From Schmidtea nova (Eukaryota): a stretch of 64,000 nucleotides of DNA. Of this stretch, positions 1 to 11,989 are shown piece by piece. The stretch covers positions 247,380,001 through 247,444,000 of the forward strand of contig CM097882.1 in the NCBI GenBank assembly GCA_044892505.1, given 5' to 3'. The translations under genes were made by a program, and so were the position numbers. How positions within the stretch are numbered: position 1 is the stretch's first letter; every line of letters begins with the position of its first letter. Under the pieces are notes generated by a model that did not search any database, was not told the origin of the DNA, and saw only the letters and a list, made by a program, of their open reading frames with translations.

Positions 1-1233
1 CTGCTTTACAATTCATAATAATTTACTATATAATTGCATAATTTTCCTAAGTTATAATCGATTATTACGTATGATAATAAAAATTGATTTAATTTGCTGG
101 ACTGTAAATGAACTTATTTTTAGAAAATACTAGAAATAGCATAAGTCATTGTTGGCATTCGAACCTCTCATTGCACAATTATAAGTTACTTAAAACATGA
201 CAAATTTTGCCGTCAGGTGGCTAGTGTCCTGTATATAGGACTGCTTAGATATACGCTTGTGCAAATTGTGATGGAGGTACATTTAACAAAATAGTGAATA
301 GAAAATTAGTTTAGAAGATAAAACACATTTGGAAAAATTGCTTTACAATATACGTGTTACTTAACGACATTCGTGCATTTAAAACAGATTTAAAATTTAA
401 AAACTTGTATATAAGCCTGCAGTAATATCATACTTGGTTATGATCAACACAAAAATTTATTTTATTAGTGACAATGTACAAAACACCTGTAAATGCTTAC
501 AAACAAATCAATTTATTCTACTGTCCTATAAACAGGACACTGGGCCAAATTGGGTTAATTCAATTGATTGGTAAATTAGTTTTGTTAAAATGTAACTGAT
601 TTTAATAAAGAATAACAATAAAAAGTATTGGCAGTCATTGATATAATTCAATAGATGTCGCAGCAGAATCTCGACCAGCGAGTGAATACATTAATATTTA
701 GTGTAGAAAGTTCATATAATCACTTTGACAAATAAAGATCATAACCGATATTATGCTAGGACAAATTAAAGTTTAGCTTATGGACATTTAACTGGCATTG
801 TGTTTAATTTTTAATTTAATACAAACTCAATATCGGGTCAGAAGTGGAATGCCAAATTTGCTAGATGAAGAAATGGCTTTCAATGACGTACCATTGCGAA
901 ATGTAATTAATGTGGCCTTATAAAATGATTTACGTAAATAATCTTTGGTCCATCAATTATAGTGAAGATCCAAACAATGCTCAACATTAACATCATTTAA
1001 TAAGTCTACTTGATAATTTTAACACTTTGTTGTGTGACGGTCACGCAATAAATGGCAGGTACTTAAGTGTACATTGTAATAATTATTTATCGTTATTAAT
1101 GGAAATATTCTCGTCTAATTTATGTATGTACATATTGGGGCCGGTTTTCATTTCATTCTTTCTAAGGAGGTTCATGAATCTAATTTTTATTCTCAAAAAA
1201 GGATGTGTATTCTCTGTGACGAACACGTGTCTC
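1..1233 (-). repeat. Uninterrupted (empty-site) copy of the interspersed repeat into which the giant LTR element inserted
   Basis: The reverse complement matches 63716->63208 and then continues into 34894->34165. It reads AATAAATTGATTTGTTTGTAAGC with no insertion at the junction. Confidence 0.92.
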
Positions 1234-1954
1234 CAAATTAATTCAAAATATTCGTTTTTTTAACAATTTAAAAAAAATATTTTTTTAGTCATCGATGACT
1301 CATACTTTTTTCGAAAAAAAGTCTATTTTTTTATAAAATTTTTATTTGACTAATCAATTACTGATTGATGACTCATCCAAAATTTTTATGACTCATCGAA
1401 AAATTAGCAATTTTTTTTGAACTTTCTCAATTTTGATTACTATGAAATTTTTTTTGGTTTGTATGACTCATTGCCAACTCAGCTTTTTTGAGAAGTTAGT
1501 TTTTTAAAAATTTTAAAAAGTTGAAATAGATGACTCGTGGATGACTCACCCTCATGACTCATCGATGACTCACTCTATGACGCATCGATGACTCATTTCA
1601 AAAGTACAAGTATCAAGGTCAAATTGGGTATCGTTCGCAAGGCATTTCAGTGACGCACACGATCGTACCATCTTTGAAGGTGTCTGAACAAAAAATATAA
1701 TTTTGAAACAAAAACAAAAAAACTTAAAGTTCCAAGGTTAAAATTGCTATCATTCTCTCTTCATTTCAGTGACGCACACGGTGGTACCATTTTTGAAGTT
1801 GTCTGATCGAAAAAATTAAATTTTGTACCAAAAATTAAAAATTTTAAAAATTTCAAGTAACAAGGTCAAATTTGGTATCATTCAAACTGCCACCACTATA
1901 TGAACACGATGCTATATAATTTGATACCCTTTTTAAACAAACACATTGCAAAAA

Positions 1955-2775
1955 TAATTAAACAAAGACAATTCATGTGCAATAATAACAAAGACATTGC
2001 AATGCAGATGCAACTTAACAAGGACATTGCAATGCCAAAAAACTAAATAAAAACATTTCATTGGTTAAATAATTAAACAAAGACATTTTATTGTCAAAAA
2101 ACTAAACAAAGACATTTCGTTGCCAAAAACATAACAAAGACAATATAATGCCAAAAAACTAAACAAAAACAATTCATTACCACATTACTTATCAAATACA
2201 ATTTAATTCCAAAAAAATAAACAAAAACATTTCATTGCCAAAAAACTAAACAAAAACATTTCACTGCCAAATAACTTAACAAAGACATTTCAATGCCTAA
2301 AAACTAAACAAACCCAATTCAATGGAAAAATCCTTAACAGACACTTTGCAATTCCAAAAAACTTAACAAAGACAATTTCTTGGTTAAATAATTAAACAAA
2401 GACATTTCAATTCCAAAAAACTAAACGAAGACAATTTAATTCCAAAAAACTAAACAAAGACAATTCAATGACAAATTCCTTAACAAATACATTTGATTGG
2501 TTGAAATAATTAATTACCAAAGACATTTCAATGCAAAATAATTAAACAAAGACATTTCAATGCAAAATAATTAAACAAAGACATTTCAATGCCAAAATAA
2601 TTAAACAAAGAAATTTCATTTCCAAATTCCTTACCAAATATATTTCAATGCCAAATTCCTTAACAAAGACATTTCATTGCCAAACACCTTAGCAAAGACA
2701 TTACAATACCCGTGCATTGTAAGCAACATGACTAACAAAGACAATGTAATACATATGCAATTTAACAAAGACATA
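1955..2775 (+). repeat. Tandem array of about 30-31-bp units (AAAGACATTTCAATGCCAAAATAATTAAAC-like)
   Basis: Repeated AAAGACATTTCAATGC/ACAAAGAC cores are directly visible. Confidence 0.9.
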
Positions 2776-2781
2776 CATACA

Positions 2782-2782
<1 letters not shown>

Positions 2783-2831
<49 letters not shown>

Positions 2832-2850
2832 TTAATAATAATAATAATAA
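2783..2850 (+). repeat. (TAA)n microsatellite
   Basis: A run of TAA units is directly visible. Confidence 0.95.
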
Positions 2851-3846
2851 TAAACAACAGAATGATTGAAAACGAAATCCACAATCCCCAATTGAAAATG
2901 CTCTAAAACTCGAGTACAGAAAAGACGGTCAGTCTTGTCCAAAGTATGTGGCATTACGCCCATGACATTTGAAAAATTAAACGAGTATAGAACACAAATC
3001 AAAAGAAGAAAATAAACATCATCCACAACCACATCAGTTAATTTACTTAAACCGCAAAAAATGAGGCAAACACACGGACTCAAAACTCTCACACTCACAT
3101 ATTCACAAACAACGATATGGCTGAAAACAACGCTAAATCCCATTAATTGACTCCACTCTGAAACTCGAATACAGAGAAGACGGGCAGTCTTTTCCAATGT
3201 ATGTGGCATTTCACCCATGACATTTGAAAATATAAACGAGAACAGAGCAAAGAACAATACAGAAAACTTAGAATCGCTAACAATCACATCAATTAATTCA
3301 TAAACAATAGAACAAGAGAAGGAATCAGCAAATTAGTATTTCGATTTAATGATGAGGTTTACACTCGTGCTGATTCCTTCTCTTGTAATAATAATAAAGA
3401 CATTAACAGGATTGTCTTATTTAAGTCACGAAGATAACGAGGACATTCATTTGAATTGAAATAATTCCAATGGTATCTACGAATGAAACTTGCGGTAGCT
3501 TTTTTCATATTATCTTCAACGTTGAACTCTAACGACGTATTGTCACAATCCGTCCCGATATCGGTTTCATTTGATAAATCGTTTCCCGTTGAACCATAAC
3601 ACATTGTTACGTGATTTCTATAATCAAATGCGACATTGCCATCAATTATGTCCATCTTTTTCTTTTCCATTTTCACAAACATTGTTTTTAATTGTCGATC
3701 AACAATAAAGCAGAAAATCACTCGATAAATTCAAAAACCACAAAATTCAAATCCAAGTTTCCAAATTGGATTAATCAAACAAAAACTAACAGTTCTAGAA
3801 TAATAATAAAAAGTTAATTAAATTCCAAAAAATCTATTTTCCACCA

Positions 3847-4200
3847 AAGCGCACACGGACGCGAGATTTTTTCAATCGCAGCGCACACAGACGCTGATAA
3901 CCAAATAAATGCAGAAACGCGCACACAGACGCAAGACAAAAACATAATAAGGCGTACATACACGCTATAGGTAACAAAACCTATACACTGCGCACACAGA
4001 CGCGTGGCAAGTCAAAAACATAACGCGCACACGGACGCGATGGAACCAAAGCCTTAACTGTCACAAATCGCGCGCAGACGCGAGACATAAACGATATAAT
4101 ATCAAAGCGCACACAGATGCGAAACCTTCTAAGCGGCAATGCGCACACAGGCGCATATAAAACTCAAGATTTTAATTACGCGCACACAGACGCAAAAAAC
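3847..4200 (+). repeat. Array of about 10 GCGCACAC(A/G)GACGC motifs at about 35-bp spacing
   Basis: GC-rich motif separated by variable AT-rich spacers. A second array of 4 copies lies at about 33080-33205, with homologous flanking sequence. Confidence 0.85.
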
Positions 4201-4201
4201 C

Positions 4202-4453
4202 NNNNNNNNNNNNNNNNNNNNNNNNNNNNNNNNNNNNNNNNNNNNNNNNNNNNNNNNNNNNNNNNNNNNNNNNNNNNNNNNNNNNNNNNNNNNNNNNNNN
4301 NNNNNNNNNNNNNNNNNNNNNNNNNNNNNNNNNNNNNNNNNNNNNNNNNNNNNNNNNNNNNNNNNNNNNNNNNNNNNNNNNNNNNNNNNNNNNNNNNNNN
4401 NNNNNNNNNNNNNNNNNNNNNNNNNNNNNNNNNNNNNNNNNNNNNNNNNNNNN
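4202..4453. other. Assembly gap (N run)
   Basis: N run. Other gaps are at 6272-6409, 10672-10804 and 18182-18338. Confidence 1.
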
Positions 4454-5160
4454 GTCTTTGTTAACTTGTATCTACATTGCATTGTCTTTGTTAACTTGCA
4501 TATGTATAGCAATGTCTTTGTTAATATTGCATATGAAATGTCTTTGTTTAGTTATTTTGGCATTGAAATGTCTTTGTTTAATTATTTTGGCAATGTCTTT
4601 GTTAAGGATCTTGAAATTGAAATGTCTTTGTTTAGTTTTTTGGCATTGAATTGTCTTTGTTAAGGAATTTGGCAGTGAAATGTCTGTTAAGCTTTTTGGC
4701 ATTGAATTGTCTGTAAGGGAAATCGGCATTGAATTGTCTTTGTTAAGGAATTTGGCATTGAATTGTCTTTGTTAAGGAATTTGGCATTGAATTGTCTTTG
4801 TTAAGGAATTTGGCATTGAATTGTCTTTGTTTAATTTTTTGCCAATGTGTTTGTTTAGGATTTTGACATTGAATTGTGTTTGTTAAGTAATTTGGCAATG
4901 AATTGTGTTTGTTAAGTAATTTAAAATGTCTTTGATTTTGCATTGAAATGTCTTTGTTTAGTTTTTTGGCATTGAAATATCTTTGCTTAATTATTTAACC
5001 AATGAAATGGCTTTGTTTAGTTTTTGCCATTGAAATATCTTTGCTTAATTATTTAACCAATGAAATGGGTTTGTTTAGTTTTTTGGCATTAAAATGTCAT
5101 TGTTTAATTACATAACCATTGAAATGTCTTTGTTTAATTATTTTGGCAATGTGTTTGTTA
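4454..5160 (-). repeat. Inverted copy of the 30-31-bp tandem array
   Basis: GTCTTTGTTTAATTATTTTGGCATTGAAAT units are the reverse complement of the 1955-2775 array. Confidence 0.9.
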
Positions 5161-8100
5161 ACTATGTCGTTGTTTATCGCATCGTGTTCATATAGCGGTG
5201 GCGGTTCGAATGATACTAAATTTGACCATGGTACTTGAAATGTTTAAAATTTTTAATATTTGGTCCAAAATTTAATTTTTTCGATCAAACAGCTTAAAAA
5301 TGGTACCACCGTGTGCGTCACTGAAATGCCTTGTGAAAGATACCAATTATGACCTTGACACTTGTACTTTTAAAAATTTTTAAAAATTATTTAAATTTAA
5401 ACTGAGTTATCGATGACGTCACTTAATTCAAATTTGAAATGAGTCATCGATGCGTCACAGAGTGAGTCATTGATGAGTCATAAGTATGAGTCATAAATGT
5501 GATAAGTCAATTATGAATCATTGATTTAAACTTTTTAAAAATTTTTTAAATAATAACTTCTCGAAAAATAGCTGAGTCAGCGATAAAATAATCAAAATTC
5601 AAAAATTCAAAAAATTGCTTATTTTTCGATTAGTCATAAAAATTTTGGAAGAGTCATCGATCAGTAATCGATTGGTCAAATAAAAATTTTTTTAAAAAAA
5701 CAGAATATTTTTCTAAAAAAAGTATGAGACATCGATGAATCTTCGATGCATTATAAAAATTTTTTTAAAAAAACAGAATATTTTTCTAAAAAAAGTATGA
5801 GACATCGATGAATCTTCGATGCATTATAAAAATATTTTTTGAAAAAAACTGTTAAAAAAAGAGAATATTTTTCTAAAAAAAGTATGAGTCATTGATGACT
5901 CATCAATGCATTATAAAAAAAATTTGAAAAAAAATTTGTTAAAAAAGAAAATTTTTTTCGAAAAAAAGTATGAGTCATTGATGACTCATCGACGAAACAT
6001 AAAAAAGTTTTAACCCCTAACCCGGGGGAGGGGGTTTCTTTGTTCTTTCCCCCCCCCCCGCCCACGCAATGTCTTTGTTTTTTGCTCCACACATCTACCT
6101 ACTGGCCCTCTTAGTAATTCTCTTATTTTGGCCTGTGAATGACCATAATTAAACAGTAAACATCGAATCAATATATAACAATAATAATATAAAATGGGGA
6201 TTTCTTGGTAGCAGGAATATTAAATAACTAATAAACCACAAATAAAAATTTATAAATTTTTCATCCAAGGCNNNNNNNNNNNNNNNNNNNNNNNNNNNNN
6301 NNNNNNNNNNNNNNNNNNNNNNNNNNNNNNNNNNNNNNNNNNNNNNNNNNNNNNNNNNNNNNNNNNNNNNNNNNNNNNNNNNNNNNNNNNNNNNNNNNNN
6401 NNNNNNNNNCTTGATTGTTTATGATTGAAGACAAACATCTTTAATATTATAATGCATGTTTTCCAGAGGTTTCTTACATCCCATTATTCGACATTTCAAT
6501 GTTTTGAAAAATATTATTGTATAATTATTCTTTTTATCTAGAATTTGTTGAGGTTTTTCTGCGTAAAATTTTCATATGAACTCATCCTTCTTATTTAATG
6601 TTTACCAACGTTATTGTAACTAAGGTTTAAATAAGTTAAACCTAAATTATTTCTAAAACAAATATTTATTTTAAAACAAAATAGCATCGTATATTAACAG
6701 TGTTTACACATCTCTCTTTTTATTTGTTCATTGACGTTTATCAACTTATCAAATATATGCATCCATATTGCATTAACCAATCAAAATATGCTCTAGTCTT
6801 GCATAAAATATTGATGATGTCAAGACATTCATTTTTTTATTGAAATTAAGATATTGCAATTTAGACAATAAGTTTTCATGATGATTGATTAAAAAGTGCA
6901 AAAACTTATATAAAACTCGAAGTTTACAGTGTACCCAAAGTAAAGATCGATTTCATCTGCTAGAGAAAAGTTTTTCTGATAGATTGAGATATAAATATCT
7001 TGAAAATTAATTCTAGTACCTATAAAAAAGTGAAGTGAATTCGAAATACAAAAATCAATGTTATGTCTAAAATTTATATACCAGCTTGTAGAAAATTAAA
7101 TTGTGAATTGATTGAGCTATAAATCTTTTGATAACAAGAGCAAAAATGTATAAAAAGATTGAAGAATACAGGGTGTCAAATTAAAAATCAAGATCATGAT
7201 AATAATTTATATATCATCATGTAGGTAAAGGTTTTCTGTAAGAATGAGCTATAAATCTCTTGAAAATAATTTCAAGCACCTAATAAAACTGTGAAGTCAG
7301 TGAGTGACAAATAAAAGATTACTTGTTTTCAAGAAAATTTTCACATGGACAGAAAGAAAAATTTATTTCTAAAATGTGAAATGAAAATTAACTCTATAGG
7401 TTGATACAGTTGCTGGATAAAACAAAGTATTTGGAATATCGATAATTTTCGAAATATTTTGGGATCACAAGATGGTACAAGAATGACACTAGGCATATTG
7501 AGAAAGGTCTTCTATATTACTCGGAATTTCGAATTTAGTGCAGATCGATAACCGACCTCTGATCCCTTTTCATAATAAAATTAAATGAAATTTTTTTGTT
7601 TCAAAGAAATCATGAATTAATTTAATTTTTCATAATTTTTCAAGCAAAGATTATTATATGGGGAACCTCGTGCACTGCTCTCATAACTTGATCGAAAATA
7701 AAATCGATAACAACACTTTTAAATAAAGTGCAGCAGTGCTCAAAAGATATACTTGATTTATAAACAAACGTGTGATAACTTGTTGCACAGTTGCACGATA
7801 ACTTGTGCACAGTCGCTAAGCAAATCTTTGACAAATCTTGGATAAACAAGTGAAATCTAATATTTTCGGGCAAAAAGCACCTTTTCCATCTTAAAATAAA
7901 ATTATAGCACTTTTTAAAATATATTTGCACTTAAAAATCAATAGTGTCGTCATAACTCATAGACCAAACGCGCGAAAACTTTTCGATCACAATGGGGCAG
8001 GCGAGGGGGTGCGCAATAATAGATAGTTGTCTGGGGGACTTACATCTACCTACTTGAGTTACAAGAAATTATTTTAAAAATTCATAATTAACTAATACTT

Positions 8101-9074
8101 TATGTACACAAAAGTTAAAATTGATATTATTTTATTTTTTTAAATTTTTGAAATTTAATAAATCTTTCAGAGATTTTATGATAACATAGAGATTTTTCAA
8201 GTAACAACAAAAGTAACATCACAAGTAACAACAATAAAATTATTTTTATTTATATTATTATTACTATCATCACCATCATTCATTCCTATTACAAAATCAC
8301 CTGTTTCAATCACAGCAACACATCAAGGATATTAAACGGATCAACCCTAGGTGAATTTTGCATCAATCAAATTAACTTAATAATACACTTATCAATAGTT
8401 TCATTCACCATTTGTTTCACCGCCCGTTACTCTGTAGTAATTTAAGTTTTTTATCAATACAATTTATAGACTTACAATAAGTTGATGGCAATGTCCAAAA
8501 ACGATAAATCAAATATTTCTATTATATTTAAATTCCGGTGATGTATACAAACCAGTATCTGTTGTTTTATTATAAATTTCGCATTTAAAGTGTTTATCTT
8601 TCTTTTCAATCAACAATCAAAATATTATATTTTAGAATTGATTTCCTCTTTAACAGTCAATTTAATATTTTTATGCAAATTATACAGTTAATACAGAAAA
8701 GGCTAAACGTTTTCTTTATTCTTAAATACAACAAAAATATCATCAACATAACGTTTGTATACTAAAGGTTTATTCACACTATAATTTCAAACATTATTGT
8801 CTAAAGGTTAACCCATGGCAACACTATCAATGTGTTTTATATCATTGATTATCAAAGATAAAATGGACCAGAAAAGTAGCAAATATTAAAAGTATACGAA
8901 AATCAACAACATCAATAATATTTTTAAATTCAGTGTTAGCACTCCATAAATTGCAACAAATATCAATCGTTTCTATTCTCGTTTCAATTTGCATTCCACA
9001 CACAAGACGTTTTGATACCTCATGCATGAACTCACGATTGTCCTTCGACTGTACATTGCAGCTTTCGAGTGTTA

Positions 9075-9865
9075 GTAAGCAGGTGAGCTACATATATATG
9101 AATACTCCCAACTAAATCCGTTCTTACGAATTCATCTTGATCGATAAAAAGACCTTTATTTTTCCTTTTACCGCCAATCCTGGTCAAATATTCTGGAGTA
9201 TCTCAACTTATCTCATACAGTCACCTTATAAGCCGTAACATCATACATAATTACACTACGGATCGATTTACTCATATTCTTGCTAAACTATGATACGATA
9301 TACAAATAAACACTGAGGAATTCACAATAATACATTTACTTTTCAGACTATATAGCAAATCAGATAGGTACCATTTCGGCTAATAAGTCTAGCTCAGATG
9401 ACCCGTCGAGTTATTTGACCTGCCTCGTAAGCTGAAAATCAAATTTCTTCCGTTGTCTCTTCAGCTTACGGCGTTGCTTCGCACTCAATCGGTTCCGTTT
9501 TGGTACTCCAACAGCTTCCTCTACTTGCTTCTCTGGAGCCATATGGTACAGTAGGGTACCATTTTTCAAATGTTATTGGTCGGATTTTATCATCGAGTTC
9601 TCTCTCCATGAATGACTTGATTATTGCTTTCTAGAATTTTTCAATTCTAGTGGAAAAAGGCTTAAATCAAACTTTAGGTCCTCTTTCGCATGGTCTGTCC
9701 TTACCAGTTGTTGCTATAACTCGTGCACAAAAGTTGGTGGAAAGTAACAAGCTTCGAGCTCCTGAATTCGTAACTTAAGATGACCGGCGATCTATCGATT
9801 CATACTTCTAAGTGAGCGCACATTTGCATACCGCGATCGATTTCCCTTTATTACGCCTAAACATA
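9075..9865 (-). pseudogene. Frameshifted homolog of the giant element's LTR-encoded 194-aa protein (probable decayed LTR of a related family)
   Basis: Manual translation gives ELEACYFPP, SFMERELDDKIRPITFEKW and KRNRLSAKQRRK, against ELKAKWFSP, SYIDSELRALIRPITAQRW and RKHRMGSRQRRR in the 194-aa protein. GCAGGTGAGCT..TACTCCCC is also shared at the equivalent downstream position. Confidence 0.72.
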
Positions 9866-11115
9866 ACAATACAACAATAAAATATTACACAATTACTTCC
9901 AGTACTCACAATTTTCATACTACCTTTATCAATTTCTTCAATAATGGTTTCGCAGTTGTTGATCAAACACAAATTTCACACAAACGTTCATAAGCTATTT
10001 TCCCTTTTTCTTTCTTCCCCTTATGTATTTTTACTCTATACTTTTATACAAATAAGAAAATTTAAAGAGACATAATTCACATACATATATTATTCAAACA
10101 AATTCTATGCTACAGTTCTCAATTCAATAGTTGTTGATTTGACTTTTCCGGTATGTCATCAAGATCTCTACGGTTCATGATCCGAGGTCTATGCTGAGCA
10201 CCAGTACATATCCAAATGTGTTTAACTTCCGCCTATAAAATCGTTCCTTCATGCGAGATCTCATGGTATACTGGCAAGGAGTTGACTTTGCAGTAGAAAT
10301 GAGTTAAAAAGTCATCACATTCCCGATTTACATTGATTGACAAATTTTGTCTTCCTCGCCAGAATATTTTGGTATGGCCACGTTCGTATAATTTTGACAT
10401 CGAGTTTCCGGGACGAATAATGTATATGTGAACGGCAATCAAGATCAAACAATGGATCGAATGACAATTACTTTTGATAATTCAATTATGAAAATTTAAC
10501 AATTTACAATGTGTGATCTTGCTAACATTTTATTACATTATATTTATTTTATGGAGATGGACAAAATTAATAATAAAACTTTATGTGGTTTTAAAAGAAT
10601 ATTTTGTTTTGAAAATATTTTATGTAAATAAATTTTTTAAACTATTTGGAAAACAGTTTATATTTTGAGTTNNNNNNNNNNNNNNNNNNNNNNNNNNNNN
10701 NNNNNNNNNNNNNNNNNNNNNNNNNNNNNNNNNNNNNNNNNNNNNNNNNNNNNNNNNNNNNNNNNNNNNNNNNNNNNNNNNNNNNNNNNNNNNNNNNNNN
10801 NNNNAAATTAAAATAAATGAATTACTTTTTGTTTAAGTAGATTATATTCATAATCATATAGATTATAAGTTTAGCAAAATGAAATAATTCCAAGATTAAA
10901 AAAACAATTTCAATCAAATCAAGTAGAAAAATAACAATTATTATTGGCAGATTAAGTGCCTAAAAGTAGTATATAAACTGACTGAATTTTTCAGTCATAT
11001 CAGCCCTAAAATCTTGTAATCTAAAACGAGTGACAAATTCGGTAAACGACATTTGTAACAAAAATAGAGCATACAAAATTTATACATCCTAGCTCAGGAA
11101 GTTGCAAACATTTAC

Positions 11116-11760
11116 AGTAGACAGATATATGCACTCCAGAACAAAGACATATAACGTCATCGATGGGTCATAGCCAATCAAAATCAAGTAGACCTAGGAG
11201 AGCTACTTTTTTTAGAACCCGGATAAAACTTTTTTCGAGACCCATCCATAATTTTTTTTTGTTTTCGAGACCACCCCCCATAATTTTTTTACACACACAC
11301 GATGAGTCATAAAAATTTATTATTTTATTATTTTATTAATTTATTATTTTACGGACAAATTAAGAGGTCAACTTAATAATCAAATTATGAGGTCAACTTA
11401 AGGTCAACTTGAGATCAAAAGTCAAAGTCATTTTAAGTTCAAGTTCAAAATCTTTAAGGTCAAACTTTTAAAAACTAAAATTTTTTCAAAAATTTAAAAA
11501 TTTTCAAAAACTCAAGAATTGATTATAACATTTAATTAAAATAAATTAAGCGATTCTAGCGCTATTGATTTTCTAAATCAGAGACACTTCTTCTTTTGGA
11601 TCTACTTTATAGCCTTGAATCGATATATCAATAAACCAATTTACATTGTCCATAAATTCAACAGATTGAAACGAGTCATGGAAGTAAGTTTTCTTGTTGT
11701 TGATATATATTGTTTCACTGCAAGATAATTTCTTGTTGATTTTCATCATCACTTTACTGA
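11116..11760 (+). repeat. Left Polinton terminal inverted repeat (partner about 31160-31731)
   Basis: Reverse-complement similarity is visible but imperfect; weaker protein-level homology continues inward. Confidence 0.85.
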
Positions 11761-11989
11761 TTGCAACAACATCTTCTTTATAAAGCTGGCCAATATAGTT
11801 TAAATATTGAGAAGTCGACAGCTTTACCGGATTTGGGACTTTGAATGGAATTTCATTTAGCAAGAAAAACATTTGGTAATCGTGAAACATCTGAACCGGT
11901 CGCAAATCAAATTTGTTTTGAATTGATTTGGTATCGTTTTTAAGTGGTTTCCTTTTAATTGGACTTGATTTGCTGAAAGGATTTTGCAT
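11573..11989 (-). CDS. Small ORF in the Polinton terminal region, unknown function; a broken homolog lies at about 30795-31350 on the + strand
   Basis: ORF track (138 aa). KINKKLSCSETIY..NKKTYFHDSFQSVEFMDN is present in both ends. Confidence 0.45.
   Translation of the reverse strand: MQNPFSKSSPIKRKPLKNDTKSIQNKFDLRPVQMFHDYQMFFLLNEIPFKVPNPVKLSTSQYLNYIGQLYKEDVVAISKVMMKINKKLSCSETIYINNKKTYFHDSFQSVEFMDNVNWFIDISIQGYKVDPKEEVSLI

Larger units (their letters stand above)
1240..6103. mobile_element. Foldback-like non-autonomous element with long satellite-containing inverted arms; right end resembles a Polinton terminus
   Basis: About 1240-2780 is an inverted copy of about 4454-5750 (e.g. GGCATTTCAGTGACGCACACG at 1641 and its reverse complement near 5310). 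The right end ATGTCTTTGTT..CACACATCTACCTACT (to 6103) aligns with the Polinton end ATGTATTTGTT..CATATCTGTCTACT (to 31731). The left terminus is missing where it abuts the 1-1233 repeat. Confidence 0.6.

Noticed and set aside
4117-4943. ORFs spanning the N gap or the 30-bp satellite (also 6250-6438 and 18119-18496)
   Set aside because: Artefacts of Ns and tandem repeats.
6011-6023. Telomere-like TAACCC
   Set aside because: Only two imperfect units.
6440-7600. Possible Penelope/LINE RT relic on the minus strand
   Set aside because: Manual translation gave only vague fragments and no defensible catalytic motif.
10150-10450. Possible homolog of the 158-aa LTR ORF next to the 9.4-9.9 kb relic
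   Set aside because: Only a PFT..P..EE resemblance, too weak to support.
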